Shown here: in pieces, positions 47,593-60,909 of the stretch
Layout: the number at the start of each line of letters is the position of its first letter
Position numbering within the stretch: position 1 is the stretch's first letter
Source: Bilabrum cf. latius
Lineage: Eukaryota
DNA: 64,000 bases
Direction: 5' to 3'
Assembly (NCBI GenBank): GCA_965178125.1
Contig: OZ237737.1
Span: forward strand, 248,001-312,000
Position numbers and translations under genes: made by a program
Notes under the pieces: generated by a model
The model's input: the letters and a program-made list of their open reading frames with translations, nothing else
The model's database searches: none
What the model was told of the DNA's origin: nothing

Positions 47593-50500
47593 ATGGTTGA
47601 GTCTATCATTCACCCTATTAACTATGCATGGGCCGACTTGGAGCCGGCGGAATCGCTTTCTTCTCTCGAGCTTGAAGATCTTCGAATAGGTAGCACCGAA
47701 GATGTTTCAAGGTGGCGATACTTGAGAAGTATCGTTTCGCTCCAGTAGAGGGGTGATGAACGTGGTACTAGCTATGCCCATGCGTCAGGGGCGTTCGTGG
47801 AATCAGTTTCGCTGAGGCAGGGCCCGGTAGCAGTCGGTGCAGGCGGCGACGACCACTCCTCTCGATTTCGGTTCACGTGTCTGCTACGCCTAGCCGACGG
47901 CAGCGTCGTGCCACTGCAGGCAGGATAGTCTATACGATTGGATGTCCGGCCCCTGGCCGAAGATGGTCGCACTGAGCACACGCAGGACAGCGCAGAGTCC
48001 GGATTGAGTTCCTTCCGTCAAGTGGCAATCGAACAGGCAGAAGAAGTGGCTCATGCCAGAGACCGTGCCGTCACCGAAATGATTGTCGTGTGTTGCATTC
48101 ACACCGGCTCGGACCGCGTGGCCCGCCCGATGCCGGGCGTGTACTCGTGCAGCTTGTCGTTCACGTTGAGGCGAGCAGCTCCCGCTCCCTCTGCCGTGGG
48201 CGCGCCGAGCGCCGCGGGCGGTGACGCCAGAGCTGTGGCGGTGAGGCTGCCCTTCTCGATCCAGGCGCGACGACAGCCAGAGCAGCCCGCCAGGGACCAT
48301 GAGTTCACCTTCCGCGAGTTCCAGAGAGACGTGCTGGCCCCCCTCGACAGGATGGTGGCGCAGTCCGCCGCGGAAGCAGCGGCGCCCAAGCGACCGGCCC
48401 CCGGGGTGGGGGTGTCTCTCAGGGAGCTAGCAGCCATGCGTCAGGACGCCGGAGCCGCGCCCGCTCCCTCCGTGGCCCGCTTCGCCTCCAGGTCCACGCA
48501 AGGGGCGCCGAGGACGACGGCCGGCGCCGCGGGGGACCCGTCCCTGAGCGCGTTTCCGGTTTGGTGGGGGAACACAAAGGGTGATGAGGAGAGATGGAAG
48601 GCAGAAGACATGGCCTGGCAGGGGGGGGCTCGCATCCCCGTGGGAGGCTTTCAGGCGCTGACACCAGCGGAGGAAGCGAGGGCCGCGGGGCTGCCCGTGG
48701 ACCAGGGAACAACGACCGCTGCCAAGGCAGTCCCGCAGAAGAGGCTGCGAGCGGTCCCGTTGCCGGCTCTGCAGCTGCTGGCAGTCTCGGGTGCGCTCAA
48801 GGGTCCCGTGACGGGCCCGCTCTCACGCAGGCTGAGGGTCATGCAGACTGTCGAGGACCTCGAGCACGCGCGCCGGGTCCAAGTGGCGCGCAGCAAGGTG
48901 CTCACCGGCCTGAAGGTGTTCTCGGTCAGGAGTAGCGACGGAGGGGGCGCGACCGCGGAGGTGACGCTGGGCCTCCGCCCCTCTGACGTCACTCGGGCCC
49001 ACTGGTGGATGAACCTGCTGGAGGGGCGCATGGTGCCTCTGCTGGTGGATGAACCTGCTGGAGGGGCGCATGGTGCCTCTGCTGGTGGATGAACCTGCTG
49101 GAGGGGCGCATGGTGCCTCTGCTGGTGGATGAACCTGCTGGAGGGGCGCATGGTGCCTCTGCTGGTGGATGAACCTGCTGGAGGGGCGCATGGTGCCTCT
49201 GCTGGTGGATGAACCTGCTGGAGGGGCGCATGGTGCCTCTGCTGGTGGAGGTGCGGCCGGAGGAGGATCGAGGGGATGCGGGCGGGACCTCGCGCCCCGG
49301 CGACGGCATTTCCTTTCACGTGGTGCGCGCGCGCGCAGAGGAACGGGAGGTCGCGGCAAGGGAGGGGAGGCTCGCACTGAAGGCAGGGACCCTGCGAGTG
49401 ACGGCGGGACCGGAAGACAGCCGCGTGCTGCACCAGCTGTGGACGCAGCGCCACAGGTTTAGAGCTAGCGGTGGTGGCAGTGGGGTCGATGGCAAGAAGG
49501 GAGGTGGGTCGGGGAACAAGGGGTCGTCGCGGTCCTCTTCTGGTTTGGTTGCGACCGTGCTGGAGGTGCACTCGTCCTCGTCACACCGCATGCGGAGGCA
49601 CGCAACGTGGCTTGCGCTGCAGGCCGTGGACGGCTCCACTGCCGGCGCGGGCCCTGCCGAGTACCCCGAGGGGGAGGAAGCGGAGGCCTGCTGGGAAGCT
49701 CTGCAGAAGCGCGCCGAGCAGTAGGACGAGACGGGGGCCAGGTGGCTGAGAGAAACAGAGCTGAGGAAGAGCAAGGCTGACATGGTGGGGAGGGCGGCGT
49801 CAAGGATAGACGCAGGGGTCCTCAGCCCGTGGCGCAGGGCCGCAGCAACGGAAGTCAGCGGGGAAGACGGCCACGAAGCGCTGCAAGAACTGAGGCGGTT
49901 GGCAATGTTTGCGATGCACCAGCTGCTGACCACACAAGTGGCGGGCGGCGCCAGGCGGCTCAACCTCGAGCAGCTGGCCGCCGTGGGCATGTGCCTCAAG
50001 CGCCCGCCGCTGGCCGTGGTGGTGGGTCCCCCGGGCACGGGCAAGACCACCACTCTCGCCACTCTCCTCTCGCACCTCCTCGTGAGCGAAGACAAGCCGA
50101 GGGTGCTCCTCGTCGCGCAGAGCAACGTCGCTGCGGAGCTGGCCCTGGTGCGCGTGCTGGACGCGGTGGCTGTGTCTGCGAGCGGATCGAGGCACGGTGA
50201 CGTGGACGCTGGCAAAGCTGTCCTGCGGATTGCCGCGCTGCAGCGCACTGCGGCGCACACGGAGGCGGAGCTGGGTGTCGGTCCGGCACGTGCCATCCAG
50301 GCCATCGCGTCGAGCGGGAACCCCCCCTTCGCCGAGATCGCGGCGCGGCAGCTGGTCGTCACCACCGTGGACACGGCGACAAAGTGGCTCGGCAACGTGT
50401 ACAACGCGCTGACTCGGCACGGGTGGACCTCTGACGGCGGTGGCAGCGAAGAAGAGGAGGACGAGGACCCGGGCCAGGGAACCGGCAAGCCGAGGGCCCC

Positions 50501-53500
50501 GGTCGAGGTGGACATCGCGCGGGCTCTGTCCTTCGACTACATCGTGGTGGACGAGGCCAGCCAGGTCAGGGAGGAGCAGGCGCTGCCCATCCTGCTGTCC
50601 GTCTACCTCGCCAGGCAGCTCGAGGGCGGTGGGTCACATCACCGCCGGGGGTCGTCGGGCTCGGGGGCTGCTGGTGGAGCTGCCCGCTCGCCCACTCTCG
50701 TGCTGGCGGGAGACCCGCGGCAGCTGGGTCCCACAGTGCAGGACCGCTTGGTGGAGCTAGCCGGTGGGGGAATCTCCCTGCTAGAGAGACTTCTCGGCGT
50801 GCAGTCCGCCCCGCAGGACACGATGAGCAGGGGAGAGGCGGAGCAGATCATCCAAGAGACGGCGCGAGCGGCAGGGCTCGAGCCCAAGGGGCCGCGATTT
50901 TTCGACGCGAAGGCTTTCTCGCAGAAAGCGCTCGCTCCTACGCACGGACTAGGCGGAGCCAAGGCAGCTGCCGCGTGGGAGTCCAATGCACCGCTGAGGT
51001 ATGACCTCCAGAGGGCCGTGTCGGCCGCTGCCGTCCTGTCAGCAGGAGGGACTTCCAGCCATGCGGCGAGCGCGGGTGGCAGCAGAGGGGCAGGCGCCAC
51101 CGACGGCGTGCCCGAGCCGAGGGTGGTGCAGCTCAGGCAGAGCTACAGGGCTGTGCCCGAGCTTACCGCGCTGTGGAGCGAGCTGACGTACGACGGTACA
51201 GTGACGTCAGTGCTGGACGAAGACGGTTGCCTCGAGTCCGGCACGCAGGGTGACTCGCTCGAAGCAGCAGCGGACGTGGCAAAGTGCAGGGCACTGCACG
51301 GTGCCATAGCCCATTGGCTGCCCGCGGAAGCTGCCGCAGCTGCGTCTGGCAGCTCCAGCGCCTCTGGAGCAAGCCACCGGCCCCGCTGCATCCGCATGCA
51401 GGGCGCCACCTAGGGGCAGGTGGCCGCGCTCCTTCGAGAAGCAGAAGGCCTGGGACCCTTCGAGCCTGAGGATGGCCTTGCTCATGAAGGTGCGGGCAGG
51501 GGCAATTCGCTGCCGCCTAGCTCGGCAACTGCCGCTGGCGGTGGCCCCAGGTCCCGCACAGACCCGAGCGCGGTAGCTTCCTCGAAGCAGGCCCGGGCCA
51601 GGCCCAGTGATAGGTTTGCCCTTCCCGAGCTGGACTCTGACTCTGACTCCGACTCCGATGATTCCGACCCTGGTTTGCATGCCTCTGCGGGGCCTGCAGC
51701 GAGCGCCGCGGGTTCCTCCGCAAAGGCCTCCGCCAGCAGCAGCAGCGGCGCCGGTCGACGAGCCGTGGCGGTGCACCCCGGGGGGCTGGAGCTCGGTGTC
51801 CCTCCGAAGGCACCTGACGCTGCTATCCGGACCCTCCGCTCCTTTTGCCGCCGCTGGCCAGAGCACGCCGAGTCTGTGTGCCGGGCCGTGCTACGGGTCA
51901 TGGAGAGGGCTGGGCACGGCGCCTCGAGCGGTCCATTCCGGGCCTCCGGGGCAGTGCTCGTGCAGTGCGTGCGAGGGGCCATGCAGCGGGAGAGGGGCTT
52001 GGGGTCTCGTTGGAACAGCCAGGAGGCGCAGCTTGTCGCGGATCTGGTGGCAGCGGCGTGGGGTGGCGACGGGGCAGGCGCAGCTCCGGGCACCAGGGGT
52101 GCTGCGGCCACTGCTGCGGGCAGTTCCGCAGCGAGACCGACGGTGGCGGTCGTGACGCCTTACTCGGCGCAGAGGCGAGCCGTCCGCAACAGCCTCGCAG
52201 ACCGGCTGGGCGACGACGGCGCGGACTCAGTCCAAGTAGGTACGGTGGACGGGCTGCAGGGCACAGAGGCAGACATGGTGATCATCAGCACCGTGCGCAG
52301 CACCACGGACGGTGCTCCCCGGACCAGGTCGCAGCAGATCGCCGGGGCCCCAGCCAGCGGGCGGCTGGACGACTTGCTGCGCTGGGACGAGCCTGGAGCA
52401 GCGGAGAGGGAGCAGCTCCAGGCCTCGCTCGTTCGCGGAGATCTGGATCCAGGCCTAGGATTCCTCGTGAATCCGCGGCGGACGAACGTTGCGGTGACGC
52501 GGGCCCGGCACGCCCTCGCCCTGGTATGCGACCCGCAGGCGCTTGCCTCTGACGCTCACTGGGCGGCGCTTCTTGCCTTCTCGGCCTGCGTGGGCGCTGT
52601 GGTAGTACCGAATGGCATGGACTTCCCACTGCCTCTGCGGGTCGAAGAGGCCGAGAAGCTGCAGCGCAAGCAAAAGAGAAGGCAGGCGGCGAGATCTACC
52701 AAAGGAAAGGCCAGAGCTAGTGGAGCCCAGGGGGGCAAAGCCGCCGCTTCTGGCGGCACTGCCGAAAAGGGAAAGGCGACAGCACAGCGAAGTGCACGTA
52801 CGGGCAGGGCTGCTGCGCGTTAGATGGTTTCCACCTCGTCATCTTCATCTTCATCTTCATCTTCATCTTCATCTTCATCTTCATCATCAGCAGCAGCAGC
52901 AGCAGCTGGTGCAGCATCTGCAGCACCAAGAAGCAACAAGCCGCGCCCTTTCTTAACCGCGTGGGAAAACTTGCTTCTTCGGCACGTCTGCCGCTTGGAT
53001 GGCGGCGATGGCGTGACCGCGCCCATGCTTGAGCTAGAGCACCACAGGAAGCACGGGGAGCGCCTCGAGGATGCGCTCAAGGCGCGCTCGAAGGGTAAGA
53101 CCGTCGCATCAATCCTAGATAGCCTGATGAGGAAAGGGGTACTGCTTAAACGCGTCAGGGGCTCGCAGATCGAGTACGTGGCGACTCGGACGGGCTCTAC
53201 CATGCATCGGGAAGCGGGTGTAGCAGGCAGTAGTGCTGGGTAGGGCAAGCCAGAGGGGAAAGCGTCGTCACGTCACAAAGCCCCGAGCCTGAAAGCGGCA
53301 AGCGGTGCCAGCGCGGCCGCCAAGAGCAAGACCGCTGCAGCCAAGCTTGCCGCCAAGAGCAAGACCACTGCAGCCAAGCCTACTGCCAAGTCTAGCGCTG
53401 CGGGTGGCACGATGAGCCTGTAGGACTGGAAGCAGCTGGTCCTTGGGTACATTCGAGAGCTGGATTCGGGTGAAGGCGTGCTCGCCCCAAGAATTGGTGA

Positions 53501-54077
53501 CCTGCACTTCGGCCGCACTGGTGAGAGGATCAACGACCACATCGCTAGGGTGAGCTCGCGCCCTGCACGTCGCCTGGGCGGCATTCTTGATGCCATGGTC
53601 AAGGATGGGACGTTGGTCTCGTCGGGGGCAAAGTCTGAAGCTCGGTACAGGGCGAGCATTGGAGGTGACAAGAAGGGGCCTGGATCTGGGCCTGGGGCTG
53701 GGGCTGGGCCTGGGGCTGGGGCTGTGCCAAGCGCCGTCGCAGCTGGATCCAGTGTGGCAGGCAGTGCGCTTGAGGTAGGCAGCAGCGCCACGTCCGGTGG
53801 TGCGGGCGATGGTAGGGTGCTATCGCTGTGGCAGGACAGGCTCTGCTCGTACATTCGCGAGCTGGACTCTGGTAGTGGGGTGCTCGCTTCCTAGCTTGGC
53901 ACGGTGCACTTGGAGAAGACTGGGCAGCGGCTAGCCAATGATCTCGCGGCCAATGGTCCTAAGCAAGGGGCTGGTCAGCCCAAGCCTCGTTTGACGGATC
54001 TGCTAGAGGGTATGGTTCGAAGTGGTCGGTTGAGAGCGGCTGGCTCGGGAGTAAAGCGAAGGTTTCGACTTGCGTGA
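47593..54077 (+). CDS. Upf1/DNA2-like SF1B helicase with three C-terminal LOTUS/OST-HTH-like repeats; frame interrupted by the 40-bp repeat at 49002-49249
   Basis: LNLEQ, GPPGTGKT, AQSNVAA, VDEASQ, GDPRQLGP, LRQSYR, VVTPYSAQ, TVDGLQGTEAD, RRTNVAVTRAR. Eight in-frame TAGs; ends TGA 54075-54077. Start inferred. Confidence 0.8.
49002..49249 (+). repeat. Perfect 40-bp tandem repeat, ~6.2 copies (CTGGTGGATGAACCTGCTGGAGGGGCGCATGGTGCCTCTG)
   Basis: Identical units with a 40-bp period and no spacers. Confidence 0.95.
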
Positions 54078-54207
54078 GGCAGAGCTCGGGTAAGTTGCGT
54101 GGTGGAGCTAGGTTGTTGAAGGAACATGGCAATACCGGGGGATTCAATGCGCCAAGATCACGGCCTCCATCCATTCATCAACGCTCTCAAGCACTTGGTA
54201 GATGCGC

Positions 54208-55471
54208 TCACTCCTCCATGTCAGCAGCTCCCCCTGCAGCAGCGCCCCTGCTGGCCGCTCGGATCTTGGCCTCCTCTTCCTGGGCCGCCCGTGCCACCTC
54301 CAGCAACGGCGCCACGTCCGCTCCGTCGTAGAGCTTCCAGGGCGAGCCGGCCCCCACGATGGCGAGGGTCGCGTTGTCCGCCGTCAGCTCCGCGCCGCCC
54401 TCCACGCATCCCATGAGGGCGCGCAGCGCGTGCACGGCGAGCTCGTCCCCGCCGCACCCCTTGAATCCCTCCACGTGCCTCTCCAGGTACGTGCGCGCCG
54501 CCTGGGACCGAGCCCCGATGGCGGTGGCGTGGTATTCGAGTGCGAAGCCCGCCGGGCTCGTCTCCCAGAGGCGAGCGCGGCCGCGGGGGGCTGCCTTGAT
54601 CTCATCGGCGGCTGCCTTCGCTGCCTTCGCTGCCTCTGCACCATCTGTGGGCTTTTCCTCTTCTTCCTCTCCCCCGGATCCGCCAAGGCTGAGGTTCTTG
54701 GGCCAATCCGCCGTCGGCACGACCGGTGCCTCACCATCCCACGCTGCGATTAGCAGTCCGGCACCATATGGCCGACGGACGTAAGACTGAGTGCATTCTT
54801 GTTGCTCTGCGGTGACCACGAAGGAGGGATAAGGGAGTGCATGATTGCAATAATTCGAACGGGAAGAATAAAAACACCACGGGACCCCTGCACGCGGGAG
54901 CAGGTGAATGTCAGGAGACCACGCGTCTGCTGAGCAACGCTACTGATTTGAATTAGAAACGATCCACAGGACTGGAGCTGTCGTCAAACAGAGGCGCTGG
55001 GAGAGTTGCTGCAAAGACTGCTCGCTCACTGTCGGACAGGTCGTCGACGAGCCTGGAGGGAGGAGCCTCGCTGCCAAACACGTATCTATGATTCAATGCC
55101 TCGGATCGCAAATGCCTATGCAGCGCCCTGCCGTCACTGGTCAATCCGGACACGGCAATGCCCATGTGACCGTCCACTCGAAAAAGCTTGGGCTGGTGCG
55201 CAGCAAGCTCGAAAGGAGACCTACGATGGATACGGCGTCAGGAAGAAGGTGCAATTTGCATCTTTGAGCCGTAACGTACACGAAGATGGGTGCATTCTCT
55301 CCTCGAGCGGTTGTCTCACCGCTTGACGCCAGCCACGACGGCATGTGAATCGCTAACAAGACCTACAGAGGCACTGCCCTGGTTGACCGCCTCTCCTGCA
55401 TATTCCAGCTGGAACAAACGACCCTGGGGGCTGAATGTTGTCACATCTGTGTCATACTGGTTCTTATTCAT
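54208..55471 (-). CDS. PSMA1: 20S proteasome subunit alpha type 1 (alpha6), 3 exons
   Basis: [67 protein letters not shown]. Ends TGA. Confidence 0.92.
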
Positions 55472-55597
55472 CTCCTTTCCGCCTCAAGTGTTGGCTTCAG
55501 CCTTTTGAGCGATCCAAAATCGGAATCTCGCTTTCTTCAGTGGTAGCGTGCTATTTCAACGTGTCGAATGCGATACTTTGGCATTAAATTCCCAGCC

Positions 55598-56361
55598 ATG
55601 GGGATAGTATCCATGCTCTTGGTTGCTGGGTATGCTTTACTGTCTACAATTATAAGCGAAGGTAGGGCCTACTATCGGCAACCGCAGGACTGTAGCGCGT
55701 AATTTTCCGATGAACCTCGCTTGCAATACCATCACATGTTTGCCTCGTGCTGTCCGCAGTTATCACTTACGTACTTGTTTACAGCACAACATCGTATAAG
55801 CGCAAGCATGAGGAACTTGAAGCGGCGCTCGATAGGCTTGAACGCGCCCGGGTTGCTGCAGTTGAATCTGATACTTCGCGTAGGGAAGACAAGAAGAAGC
55901 AGCTAGCCTCTATGGAAAAAGAATGCAAGCGAATCGCGGGAGAATTGAGTGGGCAGAAATTTTGGACGAATGCTGGCGCATCTGTGGCACTGTTTGTGAT
56001 GTACTGGGCCGCTCGGTCGTTCTTCGATTCGGCCGGCGAGGTCGCCACGCTGCCATTCCACCCCCCGTGGCCCATCAGCCAGCTCACGAAGATTGGATTG
56101 CCTAAGGACGCAGTGGCTACCGCATGCGGTTTCTCTGGAGTGTACGCAATGTGCAGCGCGGGCGTGCGGGTGCTGGTCCAGAAGCTCATCCAGCCGCCTC
56201 CGGCCAGGGGGCTGCCTGGAGGCGGCGGCAACGCGAACGGGGGCCTGGCAGGGCTGCTGGACGGGAGCACCCAGCAGCAGTTCTCGCAGCAGTACTAGGA
56301 CATGATGCGAAAGAACAAGGCAAAGATTGCCGCGGCGAGGAAGCGCCGAATGCTCAAGTGA
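55598..56361 (+). CDS. TMCO1: TMCO1 (Oxa1 superfamily/DUF106) ER membrane protein; intron ~55662-55759
   Basis: TM helix, YVLVYSTTSYK and coiled coil, VATLPFHP, CGFSGVYAMCS..VR..VQK. TAG 56296; ends TGA. Confidence 0.75.
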
Positions 56362-56643
56362 TGAGATCATGATGGGGCCACTGGCGCGGGTGTCGCCGTG
56401 TGAGATGGACCCGTCTATCCGGACGCTAGAAAGATTTTGATCCCCTAGGCTGCCAAGACACGACTCGAGTCATGAGAACACACCGCACGCAAAATCATCA
56501 TGAATGTGTCATGAAACAACCACAACCTGACCTGAGCAACCTCCGCACCTGCGCTCCCCACTCGTCACGGGACCCCTGCTCAACCGAACGTTGGAGCGAC
56601 TTTGCTTTTTTGCCACCACTGCACAGTACTGTCCGAGATCCTG

Positions 56644-59600
56644 ATGGATTCTCCTCCCATAACAAACTTAAATCATAATGGCACAGCGGGGGTAGAAGAA
56701 GGGGCATGGAAGTGGTTCGTCCAGGACGGACTTGGGGGCCAAGAAGTTCCCAGTGACACCGACGTGCAAGAGCCGCCAGGCTCCGCTCATTCGCAGGGAA
56801 GCAGAGACAGTCTTGATGGATCTCCTTCTATGCAACGCGATGAACTAATTGCAATGCTCTCCCCAGCTGCAAAAGCCGGACAAGGCGAATTGAAAACGAC
56901 AGACTTGGGAGTGGATGGATCGCGACAGTTGAGGGAAGTGGAACCACGGAGCTTGCAGGCCCAGCTTCTCGCAGACTCTGCTATGAGTCGAAACAGCAGT
57001 CCTGATGGGCTTCAACGAGTCGGGGCAGACGTCAGCATGCTCTCCGCGGAGGACAGCGTGTTTGCCGAGCTGCGCGGACGCCCGCGCGATAGCACCGGGC
57101 ATGCATCGCGAGTGGCTGGGGGGGGCACGGCTCTGAAAGCATCTGGATCCAGCCACTAGCGAGGGCTACACGGCCGGCTGCGCTCTCCCGCTCGCGTCGA
57201 CCCCAACTCGCGCACTGGGATCGCCCCCGTGCGACCGGACGTGCAGCCGAGCAAAGCCGGCAGCGGCAGGCCCGAGCAGGTGCGCGAGACAGCAGGCCGC
57301 AGTACATCCGCAGGCACCACCCCGATTACTCCCTCCAAGAGCCCGCTGCAGCTGGACAGTCCCGCGAGGAGCCAGCGCCAGCCCGCCACTCCGCAGTCGC
57401 AGCCGAGAGCCGGGGCCAGCACTGCTGGCAGCGGAGCAAGTGCTCGGGGCCGAGCATCGGGTGGCGCCACGTCTGTCAGCAGCCGGGAGCCACCTGGATC
57501 CAGCCGCCGCGCGGATGCCAGCACACCCGGTGAGGTGCAGCGCCTTGCAGCGCTCCTGCGGCAGCAGCGCGACCGGGCAGAAGCAGCCGAGGGGCAGCGC
57601 GACAGGGCGCTTGACGTGGTGAAGCGGCAGCTCAGAACCTGCGATCAGAAGGACGAAGAGCTTGCCAGGGCGAGGTAGAACGTGTCCCGTCTCAGGGAAC
57701 AAGCGGCCATCCTGGAAGAGGGGCTCAGGGAGGCTAGGGAACAACGCGATGGGGCGGATGGGCGCGCGGCATCTGCCGAGTCGGCCGGGTAGGAGGCCAG
57801 GAGCCACGCGGCGCAGGGCAGGGCAGCCATGGGGCGGCTGGAGAGGCAGCGAGACGCACTGCAGCGGAGCTTAGACGAGGCCAACGAGGCGCTGACGCAG
57901 GTCACTATGCGGGCGGACCGACTCTCCGAGGCACTAGAGGCAGCCAGGAACGAGGCAGCGGCAGCGAGGGCGGAGACTGCGGGCCTGGGCAAGGCGGGCG
58001 CTGCCGCGGTGGAGGCACTCAGGGAACAACTGCTAGGCCTGCACATGGAGCTGGCCACGAGCCTCAGGCAGGCGGCCACGCAGGCCTCGTCTGCCCTGGT
58101 GCCGTTGGAGGGTGACCCCGGCGCGGCCCTGTCCCCTGCAGGGGGGGATGGGCTTGAGGCCGCGCTCCGAGCGAGGGCGGGACAGCTGGCCGGGGACAGT
58201 TCCGGTGTTGGGGGCGAGCAGGGCGGCGAGTCGGGAGGCGGTTTGGCCGGTGACCATGGTCTGCTAGGAGCTGCCAGCGGCCGCGCGCAGGCGAACGCCC
58301 AGGTGTTCCTGAGGGGCGTGCTGCAGAGAGCAGACGACGCTGCGATACAGGCAAAGCAGGCGCCTGCGGGAGACATCGTGCCCGACCTGAGGAGTCCGGG
58401 TGCGGGAGCAGAGGCGGGAGACAGCAGAGACGGTGGTGACGTTCCTCTGTCGGAGGGCGTTGTGGCCGCACATGCTCGGCTCAAATCTTTGGCCTCTGGC
58501 GCCGCCGCCTCGGCTGCAGCCGCCCGCTCTTTGCTGGGGGCCGCCTCGGATGTGCAGCTGAGGAGCCTGAGCGCGGTGATGAGGCTACGCTCCGATCGTG
58601 AGGCACTATTGGACGACGTGCTCGCCGCGCGGGAGGCCAGGAGGACCGCCGAGGACGACGCGTCGCGGGCTCGCAGGCAGGGCGAGGAGGACCTGGGCAG
58701 GGCCGTGGATAGAGCTGCGCAGGCGGAGAGCAGGCTGAAAGAGCTAGAGGAAGCCCGGGCGCAGCTCGAGGCAGAGGCCGAGCGACAAGCCACGGAGCGG
58801 GCAACAGCTGCGGTCAAGGCCGCGGAGGCAGCGGCGGCTGAGGCCTCGCGTCGCGCCGTGGAGGCCGAATCCAGGGCCAGGGAACAGCAGCAGAGGGCCG
58901 CCGCAGCGGAATCCAGGGCCAGCGCGGCAGAGCAGGAGGCCAAATCCGCGGGAGCTTCTGCCGAGAGCGCCCACAAGGCCAGAAGCAGGGCCGTGAGGGA
59001 TGCGACCGACGCACAGGCCCAGGCTGCGGCCGCTTCCAGGCGTGCAGAAGCAGCCGTACAGGAGGCAGAGTCGGCGCAGGCATCAAGGAGCAGGGCCGAG
59101 GCAGCGGCAGAAGGGGCGGAGCGACGCGCTCGCGAATTACGCGACGAAGTAGGTGACCTCAGGAGAAAATTCCAGGCTGCGGAAGAGGCTTCGGAGAGCG
59201 CCCGCTCGAGGTTGCGGCAGGCCACCGAGGAGGCGCGCGCTGCCGAGAGGGCTCGACAGGAAGAGGCAGCAGCGTGCGCCGAGGCTAGGCAAGCGGCGCA
59301 AGAGGCGAGAAACGTGGCGGAACGGGCGGAATCCGCCCGCGCGGCGCTGGCCTAGGTCTCCGACCGGGCTGAGAAGCAATGCAGCGAGGCGCAGGAGCAG
59401 GCGAGACGGGCACGGGAGGAGGCACGGGGGGCGATCGAGGAGGCCAGGCGGGCGCAGGTCGAGCTGCGGGAGGCCCAAAGGGAGCGTCAGAGCGTGGACG
59501 ATGCACTGCATGGTGCTCGTTAGGAGATCGCCGACATCCGCCGGGCGCTCGAGGACGGCAGGCGGCTTGCAACCCGGCGGCAGGCGACGATTGACGCCCT

Positions 59601-60909
59601 GGGCTAGGAGCTCAGATCGCTTCGGAGTGGCGCGGGCCGGCGAAGCGGCAGCATGCTGGCACTGCCCGCTGGCTTATCCAGCTCCAGGCTGGGCAAATCA
59701 GCTGCCTCAGTGGCGGGTGGTGGCGTGGGGCTAGGCTAGTCCGGCATAGGCTCTAGATCCCGTAGGGGGTAGCGGGGCTTTGGTGCGTCGGAGCATGCGC
59801 CGAGCCGTGGATATGGAGGGGGAAGCCAGCCCCCCGAAGGGCGCGGTGGCCAGCTGCAACTACTGGACACTCCGCATGCTGATGAGGGTGCCGCTCCGCA
59901 ACGAGCCGAAGCCTCGCAGCATTCTGGTGTGCGCTCTGACCAGCGGCAGCAGCACAAGCCTGGTACCGGCGAGGACCGTGTCGGCAGCCGGGACGACAGC
60001 GACTGGCAGGAGGAGGATCAGCCGTCTCTAGCGCGTGAGCTGCGTGCTGGAGACCTCAGCCACGTATCTGCTCTGTCTGGTCCAAGGCCAGCTGACGAAT
60101 TGAGCATGCTGAGACGAGATGAGACTGGTATAGACGATTCCATCGATCCGATTGGGAAGTCCGACCGAATCCAGGAAGGAGTGCATGGGCAATCTGGCGG
60201 TCGAGTGCACGGAGCAGGAGAGGGGGGGTCTGATCAAGCGGGAGACTCAGGTGGTGCTGGTAAGACGGGTACGAGTGCGTGGCGGCTGGGCGACGCGCCT
60301 GCTGGGCCCGGCTCGAGTCACTTCGGAAGTAGATCTAGATCCAGCGGAGCGAGACCAACGGAGGCAGTTCCCGCACCGCACGCAGTTCCCCCCGGCGGTA
60401 GCTCCAGCGAAACATCTGCAATGCAAGGCACGAACAGTCCTCAGCGGGTCAAACCGGCAGGCATGTCGATGGATGTCTGGGTGGCAAGGGAGGCCAGCAG
60501 GCGCAGGCGACGGGCCAGGCAGCAGCACGAGAGGGCGACAGGCACAAGCAGCCGCGGATCCTCCGTGGTCGATTCAAGCTACCGCAGCGATAGATCTAGC
60601 TCTATGACCCGTGCATCCGATCGCCAAGGAACCACGCACAAGCGCATAGAGCAGCTACTGTCCCCATCCAAGGCGGGACATCCCGGGCCACGAGACAGAG
60701 AGGCGCGCCGTGCTTTGGACGGGGAGCGCGAGGCCATGGCAAGCAGCACTGCCAGCCTGCGAGAAGCGCTGCACCGGTCTGCGAGGAAGCAGGCAAGGCC
60801 TGGTGCGGCCGGTGTCCACCCTGACTCTACTAGTCCAGTTGCGGAATCTCTCCCGCGGTCAGACGATGGTTGTGGGATTGATTTGTTGGCACTGGCTGGC
60901 ATGCAGTGA
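56644..60909 (+). CDS. Long coiled-coil protein (~1,420 aa), function unknown
   Basis: A/E/R-rich heptad region; four ORFs in one frame joined by 8 TAGs; ends TGA. Confidence 0.7.

Noticed and set aside
49002-49249. CRISPR array
   Set aside because: Contiguous identical units with no spacers, no cas genes, eukaryotic context.
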